A stretch of 64,000 nucleotides of DNA, from IMG/VR virus record IMGVR_UViG_3300035670_000169, positions 5,304 through 69,303 of that record. One strand, given 5' to 3'. Made by a program: the position numbers and the translations under genes. The DNA comes from a virus. Under the pieces are notes generated by a model, which was given only the letters and a program-made list of their open reading frames with translations, had not been told where the DNA came from and did no database searches. Positions 10,101 through 20,557 of this stretch are shown here, piece after piece. Numbering within the stretch: the stretch's first letter is position 1; each line of letters opens with the position of its first letter.

Positions 10101-11240
10101 TAAAATTACGCTAGACGTTGCCTCACCACGTCTTTGTAGACTGTTAGAATCAAATCCTATTCTTTCTAAGCCGTAATCAGAATATTTTTGTACTTGAGCA
10201 TTTTCAAATGAATATGCACGAGAATATGCATCTCTTAACCTGTCGATATTGATTGACTTACCATCAGCAGACATAACATATTCTCTCAATGAATTAACCC
10301 TCGCAGAATTTGCAAATTCACTTGGGACATCTGTTGTTGGGGTCTCTGATATTATCTCTTGTATTATCCTTCTATCCCCTTCCGTAAACTCGTCTGTATT
10401 TAAAAGTTGGCTAAACTGTGCCAGTGACATAGTCCCATCTTCCTTAACCTGTTTGATGGTCTTACTGCCCTCTTGCAATCCTTTGGCCATAAAGACACCC
10501 CCGCGTTCAATCGGTGCTGGTTGGTACTTTTTCTTTGGTGGCTTCTGTTGGTGTGACCCAGGACCAGGAGGTAAAGCACTTTGCTCTGCCGCCCATGATG
10601 CCGCTTCTCCAGATCCCAACATGGGAACATCTATGTCTTGAGGGCCCTTCATCCTAGATGCTCTAGCATTTCGAATTACGGATGCAAGTCCAAATCCACC
10701 AAGCAACACCTCTGGATCTAGAAGATTGTCAACTAAGAAGTTAACAACATCGTTGTCTGTGCCTATAAGCTGAGATGGATCTGTAATGCCTTGTGGGGCC
10801 TCACCGCTAGCTAATGATGTCGCAATAGATGCTGGGTTATAGTTTACCTCTTCTTCCCTACCAAGCATCTGGGCTAATGGTGCTGTGACCAAGAGTCTTT
10901 GAGCGTAACCCAACGGCTCTACAGCAGCAGCATACAAATTAAGGGCAGACATAGCCGCATTGTTAGTGGCTGTTCTAACTGCATTCTGCATTTCTACCGC
11001 TTGTCCAAGCCCTTCTTCCCCAAGATTCTTGAATGCATAGTATCTATCCTTAGCCATCATGGAAGGAAATATGATCCTGCCATTATCGTCTCTTGGATAT
11101 TCAGTCCCAACCTCTGCTTCTGGAAGCATGAATAGGGCTGGCAAACCGCTAGCCCCAACCAAAGAGTCTTCTGGGGGAGTAAATGTCCCAGCTTGGGCTG
11201 CCTGTGATACAACCCGCTTTCCCTTCTTGCGTGGTATCAT
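7131..11240 (-). CDS. large putative virion-injected (polyvalent-type) protein
   Basis: 1369 aa. The C-terminal region has H-x-R...ELQSD, a motif seen in phage large polyvalent proteins, and the terminal FEQGG motif. Confidence 0.55.
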   Translation of the reverse strand: MIPRKKGKRVVSQAAQAGTFTPPEDSLVGASGLPALFMLPEAEVGTEYPRDDNGRIIFPSMMAKDRYYAFKNLGEEGLGQAVEMQNAVRTATNNAAMSALNLYAAAVEPLGYAQRLLVTAPLAQMLGREEEVNYNPASIATSLASGEAPQGITDPSQLIGTDNDVVNFLVDNLLDPEVLLGGFGLASVIRNARASRMKGPQDIDVPMLGSGEAASWAAEQSALPPGPGSHQQKPPKKKYQPAPIERGGVFMAKGLQEGSKTIKQVKEDGTMSLAQFSQLLNTDEFTEGDRRIIQEIISETPTTDVPSEFANSARVNSLREYVMSADGKSINIDRLRDAYSRAYSFENAQVQKYSDYGLERIGFDSNSLQRRGEATSSVILNNAISIDDDYYGSLGYLFLKTLELSPNAEANLDFGKLFPMTYDPKSEVSASNSVAPFLMENMFSDKKIEIDPEQRMFLLPSESANNSFEVDGVVQAALGSWNATSDEDIANLFSIYARAGFEDDRISLYLPFVKEIIDSDFNGNAESFLASRGMEFSDITRRISSIEDLSIDEIMSMDLSYFDQLSRAKRESVMLLQKATDTLFNGNDIDSISTSLYYTPFESFNREKPLEIIPEFSQYLDTTIDRSQFIAGQPSRIDERAIDASNLNNMLIGAERKINVMTELLNSSFLLLKSLEDARYLSDDFKLVFPKTSSGIELKIDYATQYAIDMMSEVDSLNGIIGRRAGNIVKKLSDVGINPDEIRWGDKNNAELEYGLDRPQEEINQYVMMRTDEIVSKGYRDTIAQLYNASDIDEVNYRKIIDGVTPFEFVREKIDQITPEQLDYGGVDKQMFEFISENLSGLVHKFYMPDKNGELLIFESVVDPITYAISYAKTYNREFSYEMARDLAQQIIYPSAPGASNFSTRLTAESIEASSAYYDDLHLLLNDIQTRDNEHWYDRVLTSPASFYPDGRRDGWTDDNVNSLIYSIIALADASGVKVSDEWLNSSLRNYAPAVTLAASYRIATSARVSRTAAQIELMKRNIAIALKNNAKAMTDYRRLNMYGPIDFIMNAQTLNGFAGEKKPASLVTETAKKAFNKKPGPIRGPLMLSSDIANAANKARPKSPLKPIKKEFVGKKFNVGVSSLVSVPNEWIAKNLGLKQGIANHWQDQDYSLNESDFGSQSVVNNMFHTRVFVSQDEPWIMTATELQSDMLQQRKLQGVTQESFTPGQKLFQKDVPGGRVYKRTQLYNLIQQAVNGGQTTIRIPTPAATTIIQRYGTDRLGAVVYDGRPFTDDEIQAAGKEDLSPNFKENGYQYVRDSYSEWPKLIQRELGVEVRVVTDENNVPWYEFDIPEKFSRKDAEYRSFEQGGKFTVNKQRKIGRVSPMKRK

Positions 11241-12430
11241 TGCTTATTCAGTTTTTGAAGTAGTTCGTGTATGTCTTCTGGCTTTCTGCCAACCGATTCA
11301 GGAATGAATATCTGATCACAATTGCATTGCTGTCCATATACACTTAAAAGCAGTTGCAAATCGTTTGTGGTGACCAAGTGATCTAGATCTAAATCTCCTT
11401 CTGTGCAGTAGTCACAACCAAAGAATGAAAGCATGTGCAAAAGATCAGCCGTACCCACAGCACAGTCTCCGTTGAAGTCACCAAAGCAAAACACTTCATC
11501 TGAGAATAGCTCTGATCTTTGGTACTCAAGCATAGCATGCATCCTTTCTATCTGCCCAGGTGTAAACACATCCCTACATTCTTCAGCGCAATAATCCATA
11601 TGGTTGTTTGCCTGAAATAATACTCCTGAATATTGGACTTCTGGGCAATAATAACCTGGGACTCCAGGACATCCATAGCTTACTTTAGTAGGTGGTGTAT
11701 CGCAGACGTAATCCCCAGTGTGCTCACACGGACCAATGTTCAAGCCACATCCTTGAACCGTTCCAGAATTGTTCTTGAACACATGATGCAACCCACAATA
11801 GTGTCCCATCTCGTGGGTGAGTGTCTCGTTCTCAAATCTGAATGTAAGCTGTGGCCCATATGTCCCAAAGACCTCAGACTCTACCCATACCCCGTCAAGA
11901 TCTGACCAAGGATAGAAGTTCACCCAAGCAAAGCCTAGTATGGAAGAACAGAAGTCTGGTGCTACATACACGTTGCAGTATTCTGCCGTATTCCATCTTA
12001 CCGCATCCGTCCATTGAGCCATCTGTGTCCCATATTGAGGGAAGCACACGCCACCTTCGTTCCTGTATGACGTTGCCCATGAGAATGACCCAAGATGAGT
12101 ATACGTCACGTCAACCAACTCAAATGATATGTTGGTCCCATCAAAGTCCACATTGAGTTGATCAAACGCGTCTATTATTATGTCAAGTCCTATATTGCTA
12201 TTTGGAAAATATTGGTTGTCATGAAGCACATGCACAACACATTTAATGTTTTTGTCTGAATAGGTTCGATTAGCGTAATTAAATTCTCTTGGGAGTATGT
12301 TCTCTTCAGAGCCCATTACAAAACACTCTTCTTGTGCTGGAGCTGGAGCAGAGCAAAACGAAAGAGTTACACAGGCAACTATAAACCAAAATAATTGGGA
12401 TATGGTTTTGTTGTTAATAGTTAATATCAT
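11237..12430 (-). CDS. M43 (pappalysin/ulilysin-type) zinc metalloprotease with a signal peptide/TM and a C-terminal dockerin-like double EF-hand
   Basis: HEMGHYCGLHH zinc motif, DTPP, NHMDY Met-turn, FTPGQIERM; tail GDFNGDCAVGTADLL...GDLDLDHLVTTNDLQLLL. Confidence 0.9.
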   Translation of the reverse strand: MILTINNKTISQLFWFIVACVTLSFCSAPAPAQEECFVMGSEENILPREFNYANRTYSDKNIKCVVHVLHDNQYFPNSNIGLDIIIDAFDQLNVDFDGTNISFELVDVTYTHLGSFSWATSYRNEGGVCFPQYGTQMAQWTDAVRWNTAEYCNVYVAPDFCSSILGFAWVNFYPWSDLDGVWVESEVFGTYGPQLTFRFENETLTHEMGHYCGLHHVFKNNSGTVQGCGLNIGPCEHTGDYVCDTPPTKVSYGCPGVPGYYCPEVQYSGVLFQANNHMDYCAEECRDVFTPGQIERMHAMLEYQRSELFSDEVFCFGDFNGDCAVGTADLLHMLSFFGCDYCTEGDLDLDHLVTTNDLQLLLSVYGQQCNCDQIFIPESVGRKPEDIHELLQKLNKQ

Positions 12431-12891
12431 CTTCTATTCAGATTTACTTTCTCATACGACCTCCCAGCAAAGTATGCCGTGAAGGCAGTAGTCATAAGAA
12501 TCTGAAGCATATCGATGTATGCATCCTTCAACTCAAAACTAATCTTTGTAATGCTGTCGATCGCAACAAATATAGTGAAGGATAAAATCAAAAAAATCAA
12601 CATCATCGGCCTGATATTCTTTGATAACCAAGAGTCTGACATCATATCAGACTTCCACCTTTCTGTAACATTATCCTGTGCGTTGGACTCGTAATCCATC
12701 AGCATCTTCTGGAACTCCATCTTCTCTTGGGCCGACATGTTTGGCTCAAGATCTATGAGTCTCTTCACAACACCAAGGGCCCCTTGGTCTGGAAGCAGTT
12801 CTCCAACTGTGTCCAGAACCTCAGGGGCCTTCTCCTTCAACCATATCCCAACCTTGGTATCCTTAATCTTCTTCCGTCCCTCTCGTTTCAT
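12427..12891 (-). CDS. holin-like protein (3TM/GTA-type holin family)
   Basis: RWKSDMMSDSWLSKNIRP followed by two TM helices and the ending YFAGRSYEK. Confidence 0.75.
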   Translation of the reverse strand: MKREGRKKIKDTKVGIWLKEKAPEVLDTVGELLPDQGALGVVKRLIDLEPNMSAQEKMEFQKMLMDYESNAQDNVTERWKSDMMSDSWLSKNIRPMMLIFLILSFTIFVAIDSITKISFELKDAYIDMLQILMTTAFTAYFAGRSYEKVNLNRR

Positions 12892-15800
12892 TGTAGTACT
12901 TGTTGAATAAAAGCGTGACCTTAAACATTTCCTCCCTTATCCTAAATAACTCGTTCTGCTTTTTAGCATACGTCATAGTGTTTGAGTTCCTTATGGCCCT
13001 CTCCTGTGCCCTCAAGTCTCTGAGTCTAGAATCAACTTCCTTAATGGCTTGGTCAAGGCCCATTATGTTTTTGTATCGCTGCTTTGTTGGGTCTGGTTGT
13101 CTTGCCTCTGGATCTTCATACTCAGCAACCAACTGCTTTATCTCGAGTTTTCTTTCCCTGTACTTTCTTGGATGCCATGTCATAGCCTTCTTCCCATATA
13201 CAGATGAGATAATTGGTATATCGTACGGAGTAATCTCAACAGCTTCATCGGCCATAACGTTGTTGTACCCCTTTCTTACGGCTGTATAAGACTTATCTAC
13301 GAATCTACCAAGCCCACCATAGTATGCCTCGAACCAGTGCCACAACCTATCTGGGTTTACATCAACAACACCAGATCTTTCTGCACTTCCGCCCGTAATG
13401 CTGTTGAGACTTCTGAATGTCTCTTGCATCCATTTTGGTGACCTATATGACATCTCTGACTCTGGGGTATAGTCGTTAGGCATTCTTTCCCTCAAGTACT
13501 TCTCTCCCAGGTAGTTCTCATTTAACATATTCTCAAGTCCTGGCTTGGCCCACGTGGGTGCAAATGTCTTGGCAACTGTCCCTTCGAATGTCTCCGATGT
13601 AGTTACGCTGAATGGTGAGAATCCAGCAAGCAGTGATTCCGCCCAGAATGCAGCAGCATCTGCCTCTGATCTCAGTCCAAGCGATCCTTCTGCCATAGCC
13701 ACACCAAGATTATAGAACGGGCTAAGGCCATACGCCAGTGGCATTTGGATCCTGTCCTGTCCTTTCATCAAGATGAAGTTTCTAATCTTGTAGAAGTCAT
13801 CCACTTGGCTGTACTCTTCTACACCAGCATCGTCCTCGTCGGACATATTCATGTTGTACAATGTAGCAAAGAACCCAAGTGTAGTCAGTGCCATCAACGA
13901 CTTCTGTCCACTGCTTATGCGTTCATGCCAAGCCCTAGAGTCTCCGTTAGGCTTCTTCGCTGGCTTCAGCTGGGTCAGCATCCTAAATGTGTTAGCCGCA
14001 CCCTGAACAGCAGCGTTAAAGAATATGTAGTGCGATCCTAGAACGTGACCCATATCACCGTGCTCATTAAAGTTTACGGTAACATTCTTTGCGAGTTGTG
14101 CGGCCTTGTCTTTAGGAGCCCCAGCTTCTACGGCAGATATGTAAGTGGCCAGTCTTATAGTGTCTTCAAACCTGCTGTTCACCTCTTCGATCACACCAAG
14201 AGTAAGTTCATATACTTTGTCACCAACTCTCTTTGCCTTCATCAAGGTTGATGTAGAGCTGAGTTTGTTGATCTCATCAATTACATCCTTGAGTTCCTTG
14301 AAAGAGGAGAAGCCGCTCTTGCCACCCAAGGACATATAGTCAAGATAGTGCTGACCAAATGCGTCTTGACGGTCTCCTGGCCTTCTGGTTGTAAACAACT
14401 TATATGCTGTTTCAGAGACAGTTTTGGCAAATTGCAGTGGAGAGAACTTAGATCCAAAGATGTAACCACCGCTAGTCTCCTGTTCGTTGATGGCGAATAT
14501 GATGGCCTGTTCAAAGTCTCTTGCATAGTTGGGGACAAAGAATGCTGGGTTCTGAGTGGTTATCGTCTTACGCATAATGTTGATCGTAAGACTTGCCATC
14601 AACCTAGAGAACCTATCGACCTTGGCCACATCCATCTTCTGTAACGCTCTAGCATGGCTTTGGGCGTTGTCTCCTTTAAAGTGGACATAGTACTTGTTCC
14701 CTTTGAATCTAAACTCCACAGCACCCTTCTTTCCTTCTGAGTTGAGTGTGTTGAACTCGCCGTATGGGATAACCTTCCAGAAGTCTTTTGCTGGGTTGTT
14801 CTGCACCATAGCAGCAAGGGAGTTCATGACCTTGTTCTTTTCACCTCTGGCGATGGTGGACAGGGCTAGGTTGAATATGTTAGCTGGGACGTTGCTGACC
14901 TCTGACTTTCTCCCTTTGATCCTGCTAAACATCTTTCCTTTAACGGCAAGCCCGCTTCCCCCACGTGGGTAAGCACTGACTATAGTGTTCTTTTCGTCTG
15001 ATGCTATACCATCCAATGGGACATAGTTCTGGAACATGTTCGTCCAAGCATCAACTGATTCCTTTGTCTCAAGTCCATACGACACGATATTGCTTCTGGT
15101 CTCCGCAAGCAGTCCATAGAGCATATCGGCAAATGGCTTGATCTTATCCTCCTTCCCTTGGATCATAGAAGCCAACTCTGCTCTACGCTCTGAAGTCAGA
15201 CCAGAACCAAATTCTCTCCCGTCTCTAGACAGAACTAGTGCATCCCTTTCATCTGCGTGAGCTAAGTACATGTAGGCATGGACATCCTCGTTAGTTATGC
15301 CAGACTTCAGCAGTTTTGCAGAATAGTCTTTAAGCATGTCGTATATCCTATCCTGTCTGTAGTTTACGCGTTGTGGCATGAGATCCCTGAACATGCGGAA
15401 GTCTTGCTCTAGAGGCAGTTTCCCCTGTCTCTGTTCGGTTATTTGTGACTGTATGTCTAGTACCCTAGCCATTGAAGACTGGATGACCTTTCTGAATACA
15501 AGTACACTCTCTTGAACTGGTGTCCTCTCGCGTGGTATAAACTCTTGTCTAGACGACACACCTTGATTGAGAACTTTGTCCTGAACTACGTCCGTCTCTG
15601 ACCCATACTCGTGGGTGACATTATCCACGTTGCTCTCGTTGAAGATGCGCTCATATATATCACGCATATTGTCATTCAACTCAAGCTCCAACGGACTGCC
15701 TTTGATGCCCATGTAAATCAACTCCAACCACTCCCTGAACTTCTCGAATATAGACTTAAGTTTTGGGTCAGCCGTAACACCTTCGTAGATATACTTCTCT

Positions 15801-18800
15801 GCCCCAGATGCGAACATCTCGCTGGTTTCTACCGTCCACTCTGAGTGACCAGCCCAGTCTAGAACCTGTTGTCTTTCTGCTGTGGTAAGCGAGTCCTCGA
15901 AGATGTGCGCCATCTCGTGGATAGGGGATGACACATCAGGATCGGTTAAAGCATACACAATGTACTTGGACTCCTTCATAACAACAGCAGCCCTTCTGTT
16001 CTGGAAGAACACTGGATTGCCGCTGACATCTGTTACGGTAGTTCTGTTGTCCGTCTCGACAGCACTCAAGTTCTCAAGAAGAGTAGGGACGCTGATCTCC
16101 TGACCGTTCTTCACAGCATCATATTGGGCTTTAACAGACTCTACTATAGGCATTGTAGTAGTGCTCAAGCCAATGCTTGGTGGGAACAGCCTAGAAGCCT
16201 TCTTCAAGTATTCCTGTCTTTTCTTTTGCTCTTTGGTGAGGCCACGCTTGCGTCTCTTTTCTTCAAAGTCTTTTTGTATAGCGTTGAGCTTATTCAGTTC
16301 AGATGCGTTAAATGGATCCTCTTTGCTGTACAGAAGTTCTTTTGTGACTGGATCACCGATAGAATCCTGCCAGTACATGTTGTCCTTAAGTATGTGAAGA
16401 CGAACCTTTACGTCATCAGAAACAGTGCTGATGACATATGGGTACGATTCATGAACATCATTTCTAAGCACCCTTACCAGAGGTGCTTTTGCATCCATAC
16501 CCTGAGGTCTTACGACCTCAACAACAGAGTACACATATCCAGTGCCTTGATTGTTTCTTGATATGTCTCTGATGTATGGTTCTGCCAACATCCATGCAAA
16601 TCCATCCTCCAAGGCACTCAACGGAACCGAGAAATCTTTTCTGTTCTCCCCCTGATATTTTGTTTTGAAATATGGGTTGTCCATTCCGTCCCTGAAGAAC
16701 CCAATTATTTGATTTACAGAGTCCCTGTCCTTTACTGTTTTATTTATATTTCTAAATAAAACATCTATAAACTCTCTTCTCGCGGCGAAAGACAGTGGTG
16801 GGCGCAAGGCTTCCCTAAGTACAGTACGAGTTGTTTCGATGTCTGTGTCTATGGCCACCTCAAACCCATCTAGGGCTGCTTGAATAGCTTCCTTATCCTC
16901 TATTTCTATTTTGGGATCAGAGAGTTTCTTCACCAGGTTCTCCCTGAATGAGATAGCCGCATCATTTACCATGGTGGTAATGTTGTCTAGGCTTATGTTG
17001 AATGACTTCGAATTACCCCAGTATATCAATGTTTCTATAATACCCATAGACGACAGGTAGTTAGACAGGTTCTTTGTTCGTCCACCAGAAGTCAACACCA
17101 TCTTTCCATTTGCGTCTGGTGATGTAGTCGCTGACTCATTTATCATACTGGCCAACTTGTCTGCCGAACGCTTGTCACCCGCTGCCCACACGTAACCAAA
17201 GTCGTGGTCCCTCACAGCAAAAAACATCCCCCCTTTACCATTGACAATTGTTACTTGATTTTCATCAGTAATATCCAACGAACCCATGTCGTCTGGTTGA
17301 TGGAGCACCACGTTGCCAGAGAAGTCAAGTATCGATCTATCTCTAGTTATAAAGCCATCTTCCTCCAGCTGTGCAAACTTCTCAGTATTCTTGTCGTAAG
17401 ATATAGTTATACCGCTAGGAAGTGTAAGATTTGATTGGAACAGAGTTGCATCATCGTTTACTACCATGTTCAACTTATCTTCTCTAGCAGTCCAAGAGAT
17501 CTTGTTGTACATGTCTTGAACACTGATCCCTTCCCTCTTCGCCTTATTGGAAATCATTCTGTGGATGATGGCTGCGGTTGCCTTGGCTTCGGCATCACCA
17601 AGGCCAAACACCTCCCGCATCACCTTCTGCAACTGAGTCTTGTTCTGAGCAGTGAACACATCGTCCTCCACAATCATAGACTTCTTGGACCCTTTGTTTC
17701 CAACGCCAGTGTGGACTATGGCCTTGGCCTTCTTGACCTTCTCCCCGTCTTTCACAAGCTCTGGCTCTATAACAGCAGTGATGACACTCTTTCCAGTTGG
17801 GATATTATTTGAAGGCAGTTCCTTTACCTCCACGTCCATGTCTGGTGTATAGTCCATCCCTATACGAACCCCGTCATAAGTATAGCCCTTGTCCTGAAGA
17901 TCCTTAAGGACAGAGTTATATACCCTAGTCACGTACTCTGGCGCAGTTGCTCCGTTGTAAATAAGTTCGTCATACTGGAACAGAGCCTTTGCTGTTTCCT
18001 CTGGATTCCTAGAGAAGATTAGCCTCTGGGCGATCTTATTGAATCTTGATGTAGTTGGTTTGTTCTCTACCCTCAGGTTTCTGTAGAGCTTATTTGCCTT
18101 AGGTAATGTATCTGCCTTTCTTTGGGAAGCAGGAACAACTTCTCTAGCCTTTGTTCTGGCGTTGAGATCTCTTTGTTGGATGTTTCGTTCATATTCATTC
18201 TGGAATTCTTCACTGTTTAAAACCTCGTCTACTCTGGCCGCTTGTTCTGGGGATTGTGCCTTCATCAACAACGCCTGATATGCTATGTCTACGGCACGCT
18301 GGCCCTCAAACATGACTGGTGAGCCGTTTTCTACGTCCATAAGGCTCACTCTGTATGGCAAGCCTTCTTGGTTGTATTCGATACCAAGATTTGGTAACTG
18401 CTCCTGAACAGCGTACTTCTTGTTGTCTATATTGAACGCACCAGTAGCATCTATTTCTACTGTTGGTTTCTGCAAAGACAACCCAACCTCACTGAGGGGC
18501 TTGTCCATTACCTCTGCAATACTGCCAAGCTCATAGATCTTGTTGTCTGCCTCCAATACAAGTGACTGACCGTCTACATACAGGGCCCCAGTCACTGATT
18601 CAGACAGTCTTGTTGTTCCAAAAGAATTCAATACAGCGACTCTGTTCTGATTCAAAGCCTCCCGAACCGTTACAGAGGCTGGTTCAGTGGCAACCTCCTG
18701 TGGCACGCTTGACACAGACAGTTTTTCTTCTTGGGACTTGTAGTATTTATTTAGAATCAGTTCTATCTCTGAGTCAATCTCTTCTATCTGCTTCTGTTCT

Positions 18801-20557
18801 ATGCTATTGGTAGTGACGAACAACGGATCAACTGCCTTTCTGTTGACTTGAGTCTTTGCTAGCTTTGCCTTCTCCACCTCCAGCTGAGCTAGTCTTCTGA
18901 GATCCATTGGATCCATATCCTTCATCATATCCACGCTAGCCATGGACTCCATAAATCTAGCTTGAAGTCTTTTGGTGTCAACCAAATCTGCCAACTCCTT
19001 ATCCTCCCCGAACTCAAGATTCAGCTTGGCAACGTTCTCTGGGGCGAGGTTCTCCACCATCTCCACCATCACCTCCCTGTCCACAGGGTTTCCGTTGACT
19101 TTATATGGGTTGTTCTTATCTGTAGATGGGTTATTAGGTGTTCTGACAGACCCGTCTATATTGGCTCTTCTAGATCTTATGAGTTCAGACACACCAGCCA
19201 CAATCCCCTCACCAGGTCCCCCAATCATCTCCAATGCAATTTCTTTTGGGGATATCTCCTGATCGGCAGAAAGCTGTGCAGCGAATTCCCCAGCCCCTTC
19301 ACCAACGGTTCCTATACCTGCCGCCCCAATTCCAGACACTAGCGGGGAGACCCCTTTCGCCATCGCCGAGGCAACAAATGAAGCACCGAAGAGAGAAGTA
19401 AAGCCAGAAGCCAGACCGATAGCCATACCCCTGTTAGAAGCCTTATCATAGATCTCTGCGTAAAGGTTTGGGTCATTGAGTACTCTTGATATGTTTTCAC
19501 TTGTGGGCTCGAGGTTCATCTCCTGAAGCGTCTCTGTGAGGAACTGTGAGAACGAAAAGCCCTTGTCGAGTACCCCAGCAGCCAGTGACGTTGCAATTGG
19601 AATAGATTCGACCAAGCCAACACCAGCACCAGGTATAGCAGGAATACCTCCAGCCAAAGCACCTATACCAGCACCTACCCCCGCCCCAGCAGCAAGAGTG
19701 CCCCCAGCAGCTTTCATGCTTTCTTTATTGAACAACAGGGATGCCATCTGCGCTGAGTACAACGGAGCAGCAGTAGGGTGGTGGATCAGGCCCCTGAGTA
19801 TCCCAAATGCAGAGTCTCCTTCAGAGTCAACTATATCCAAGAAGTTGCTCACCTCCTCTGACTCCCCATACAGATCTACAAATCTCTCCCTCCTCTTTGC
19901 TGCCTCCAAGTAGTTCTGAACTTCCTCACCATTGGGGTCTACAGCCCCCCTTTCTTTGGCCTTCATCAAATCAAACGAAGCTGACACAGCATCGTTGTTG
20001 ACAAGACCATAAGACAGTTCCCTTGCAAGGTCGTCGATGTAGTCACCTACCACGGGCAGGTTTGCTGCAAGTATGGCTGCCCCAGCCAGAGCAGGGTTGT
20101 TAATGTTTTGAGCAGCCACAAGTGGGAGGAAGTCTCTCTCCACCTTACCACCACTGCTTACCTTACCGAGCTGTGCGTCTCTCCACTGACGTTCAGAATA
20201 TCCAGCTATCCTTGTTGCATCTGGCATAGACACGTTACGGAGGAACAGCTCATCCTTTGGGGACAACTCAACCTGAACATCCGCATTTAAAGACCTTTGC
20301 AAAGAATCTTGCAAATCTCTTGGTGAAGCCTGTAGAGTAGTCGGCTCTTGAGTGATTTTTTTTTTTGATGGGGGAAAGTACTCGTCCCTAAACTGATCAG
20401 CTGTTATCGTTGTCATCCCATTGGATGCAAGATATCCGTGGAGTCTGTTCAGTCTTTCCTGATCCTCAGAATACAACCTGTAGAACTCATCTTTCGGGAG
20501 AGAAGTATTTCCGTTTTCATACAAATACTTATACAGTCTTTCAAACTTATCGTTCAT
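12863..20557 (-). CDS. giant virion/injected polyvalent protein with a zincin (MPTase) motif and a C-terminal LPD38-like domain
   Basis: 2564 aa. Gly/Ala-rich TM-like segments near the N-terminus; HEMAH...EMFA zincin; C-terminal KNVTVNFN..G..YIFFNAAVQG. Confidence 0.7.
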   Translation of the reverse strand: MNDKFERLYKYLYENGNTSLPKDEFYRLYSEDQERLNRLHGYLASNGMTTITADQFRDEYFPPSKKKITQEPTTLQASPRDLQDSLQRSLNADVQVELSPKDELFLRNVSMPDATRIAGYSERQWRDAQLGKVSSGGKVERDFLPLVAAQNINNPALAGAAILAANLPVVGDYIDDLARELSYGLVNNDAVSASFDLMKAKERGAVDPNGEEVQNYLEAAKRRERFVDLYGESEEVSNFLDIVDSEGDSAFGILRGLIHHPTAAPLYSAQMASLLFNKESMKAAGGTLAAGAGVGAGIGALAGGIPAIPGAGVGLVESIPIATSLAAGVLDKGFSFSQFLTETLQEMNLEPTSENISRVLNDPNLYAEIYDKASNRGMAIGLASGFTSLFGASFVASAMAKGVSPLVSGIGAAGIGTVGEGAGEFAAQLSADQEISPKEIALEMIGGPGEGIVAGVSELIRSRRANIDGSVRTPNNPSTDKNNPYKVNGNPVDREVMVEMVENLAPENVAKLNLEFGEDKELADLVDTKRLQARFMESMASVDMMKDMDPMDLRRLAQLEVEKAKLAKTQVNRKAVDPLFVTTNSIEQKQIEEIDSEIELILNKYYKSQEEKLSVSSVPQEVATEPASVTVREALNQNRVAVLNSFGTTRLSESVTGALYVDGQSLVLEADNKIYELGSIAEVMDKPLSEVGLSLQKPTVEIDATGAFNIDNKKYAVQEQLPNLGIEYNQEGLPYRVSLMDVENGSPVMFEGQRAVDIAYQALLMKAQSPEQAARVDEVLNSEEFQNEYERNIQQRDLNARTKAREVVPASQRKADTLPKANKLYRNLRVENKPTTSRFNKIAQRLIFSRNPEETAKALFQYDELIYNGATAPEYVTRVYNSVLKDLQDKGYTYDGVRIGMDYTPDMDVEVKELPSNNIPTGKSVITAVIEPELVKDGEKVKKAKAIVHTGVGNKGSKKSMIVEDDVFTAQNKTQLQKVMREVFGLGDAEAKATAAIIHRMISNKAKREGISVQDMYNKISWTAREDKLNMVVNDDATLFQSNLTLPSGITISYDKNTEKFAQLEEDGFITRDRSILDFSGNVVLHQPDDMGSLDITDENQVTIVNGKGGMFFAVRDHDFGYVWAAGDKRSADKLASMINESATTSPDANGKMVLTSGGRTKNLSNYLSSMGIIETLIYWGNSKSFNISLDNITTMVNDAAISFRENLVKKLSDPKIEIEDKEAIQAALDGFEVAIDTDIETTRTVLREALRPPLSFAARREFIDVLFRNINKTVKDRDSVNQIIGFFRDGMDNPYFKTKYQGENRKDFSVPLSALEDGFAWMLAEPYIRDISRNNQGTGYVYSVVEVVRPQGMDAKAPLVRVLRNDVHESYPYVISTVSDDVKVRLHILKDNMYWQDSIGDPVTKELLYSKEDPFNASELNKLNAIQKDFEEKRRKRGLTKEQKKRQEYLKKASRLFPPSIGLSTTTMPIVESVKAQYDAVKNGQEISVPTLLENLSAVETDNRTTVTDVSGNPVFFQNRRAAVVMKESKYIVYALTDPDVSSPIHEMAHIFEDSLTTAERQQVLDWAGHSEWTVETSEMFASGAEKYIYEGVTADPKLKSIFEKFREWLELIYMGIKGSPLELELNDNMRDIYERIFNESNVDNVTHEYGSETDVVQDKVLNQGVSSRQEFIPRERTPVQESVLVFRKVIQSSMARVLDIQSQITEQRQGKLPLEQDFRMFRDLMPQRVNYRQDRIYDMLKDYSAKLLKSGITNEDVHAYMYLAHADERDALVLSRDGREFGSGLTSERRAELASMIQGKEDKIKPFADMLYGLLAETRSNIVSYGLETKESVDAWTNMFQNYVPLDGIASDEKNTIVSAYPRGGSGLAVKGKMFSRIKGRKSEVSNVPANIFNLALSTIARGEKNKVMNSLAAMVQNNPAKDFWKVIPYGEFNTLNSEGKKGAVEFRFKGNKYYVHFKGDNAQSHARALQKMDVAKVDRFSRLMASLTINIMRKTITTQNPAFFVPNYARDFEQAIIFAINEQETSGGYIFGSKFSPLQFAKTVSETAYKLFTTRRPGDRQDAFGQHYLDYMSLGGKSGFSSFKELKDVIDEINKLSSTSTLMKAKRVGDKVYELTLGVIEEVNSRFEDTIRLATYISAVEAGAPKDKAAQLAKNVTVNFNEHGDMGHVLGSHYIFFNAAVQGAANTFRMLTQLKPAKKPNGDSRAWHERISSGQKSLMALTTLGFFATLYNMNMSDEDDAGVEEYSQVDDFYKIRNFILMKGQDRIQMPLAYGLSPFYNLGVAMAEGSLGLRSEADAAAFWAESLLAGFSPFSVTTSETFEGTVAKTFAPTWAKPGLENMLNENYLGEKYLRERMPNDYTPESEMSYRSPKWMQETFRSLNSITGGSAERSGVVDVNPDRLWHWFEAYYGGLGRFVDKSYTAVRKGYNNVMADEAVEITPYDIPIISSVYGKKAMTWHPRKYRERKLEIKQLVAEYEDPEARQPDPTKQRYKNIMGLDQAIKEVDSRLRDLRAQERAIRNSNTMTYAKKQNELFRIREEMFKVTLLFNKYYNETRGTEED

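Noticed and set aside
7131-20557. Possible crAss-type virion RNA polymerase in the giant ORFs
   Set aside because: No DxDxD catalytic motif in an RNAP-like context was seen. The motifs fit polyvalent/LPD38 and zincin proteins, and late genes have host-type promoters.
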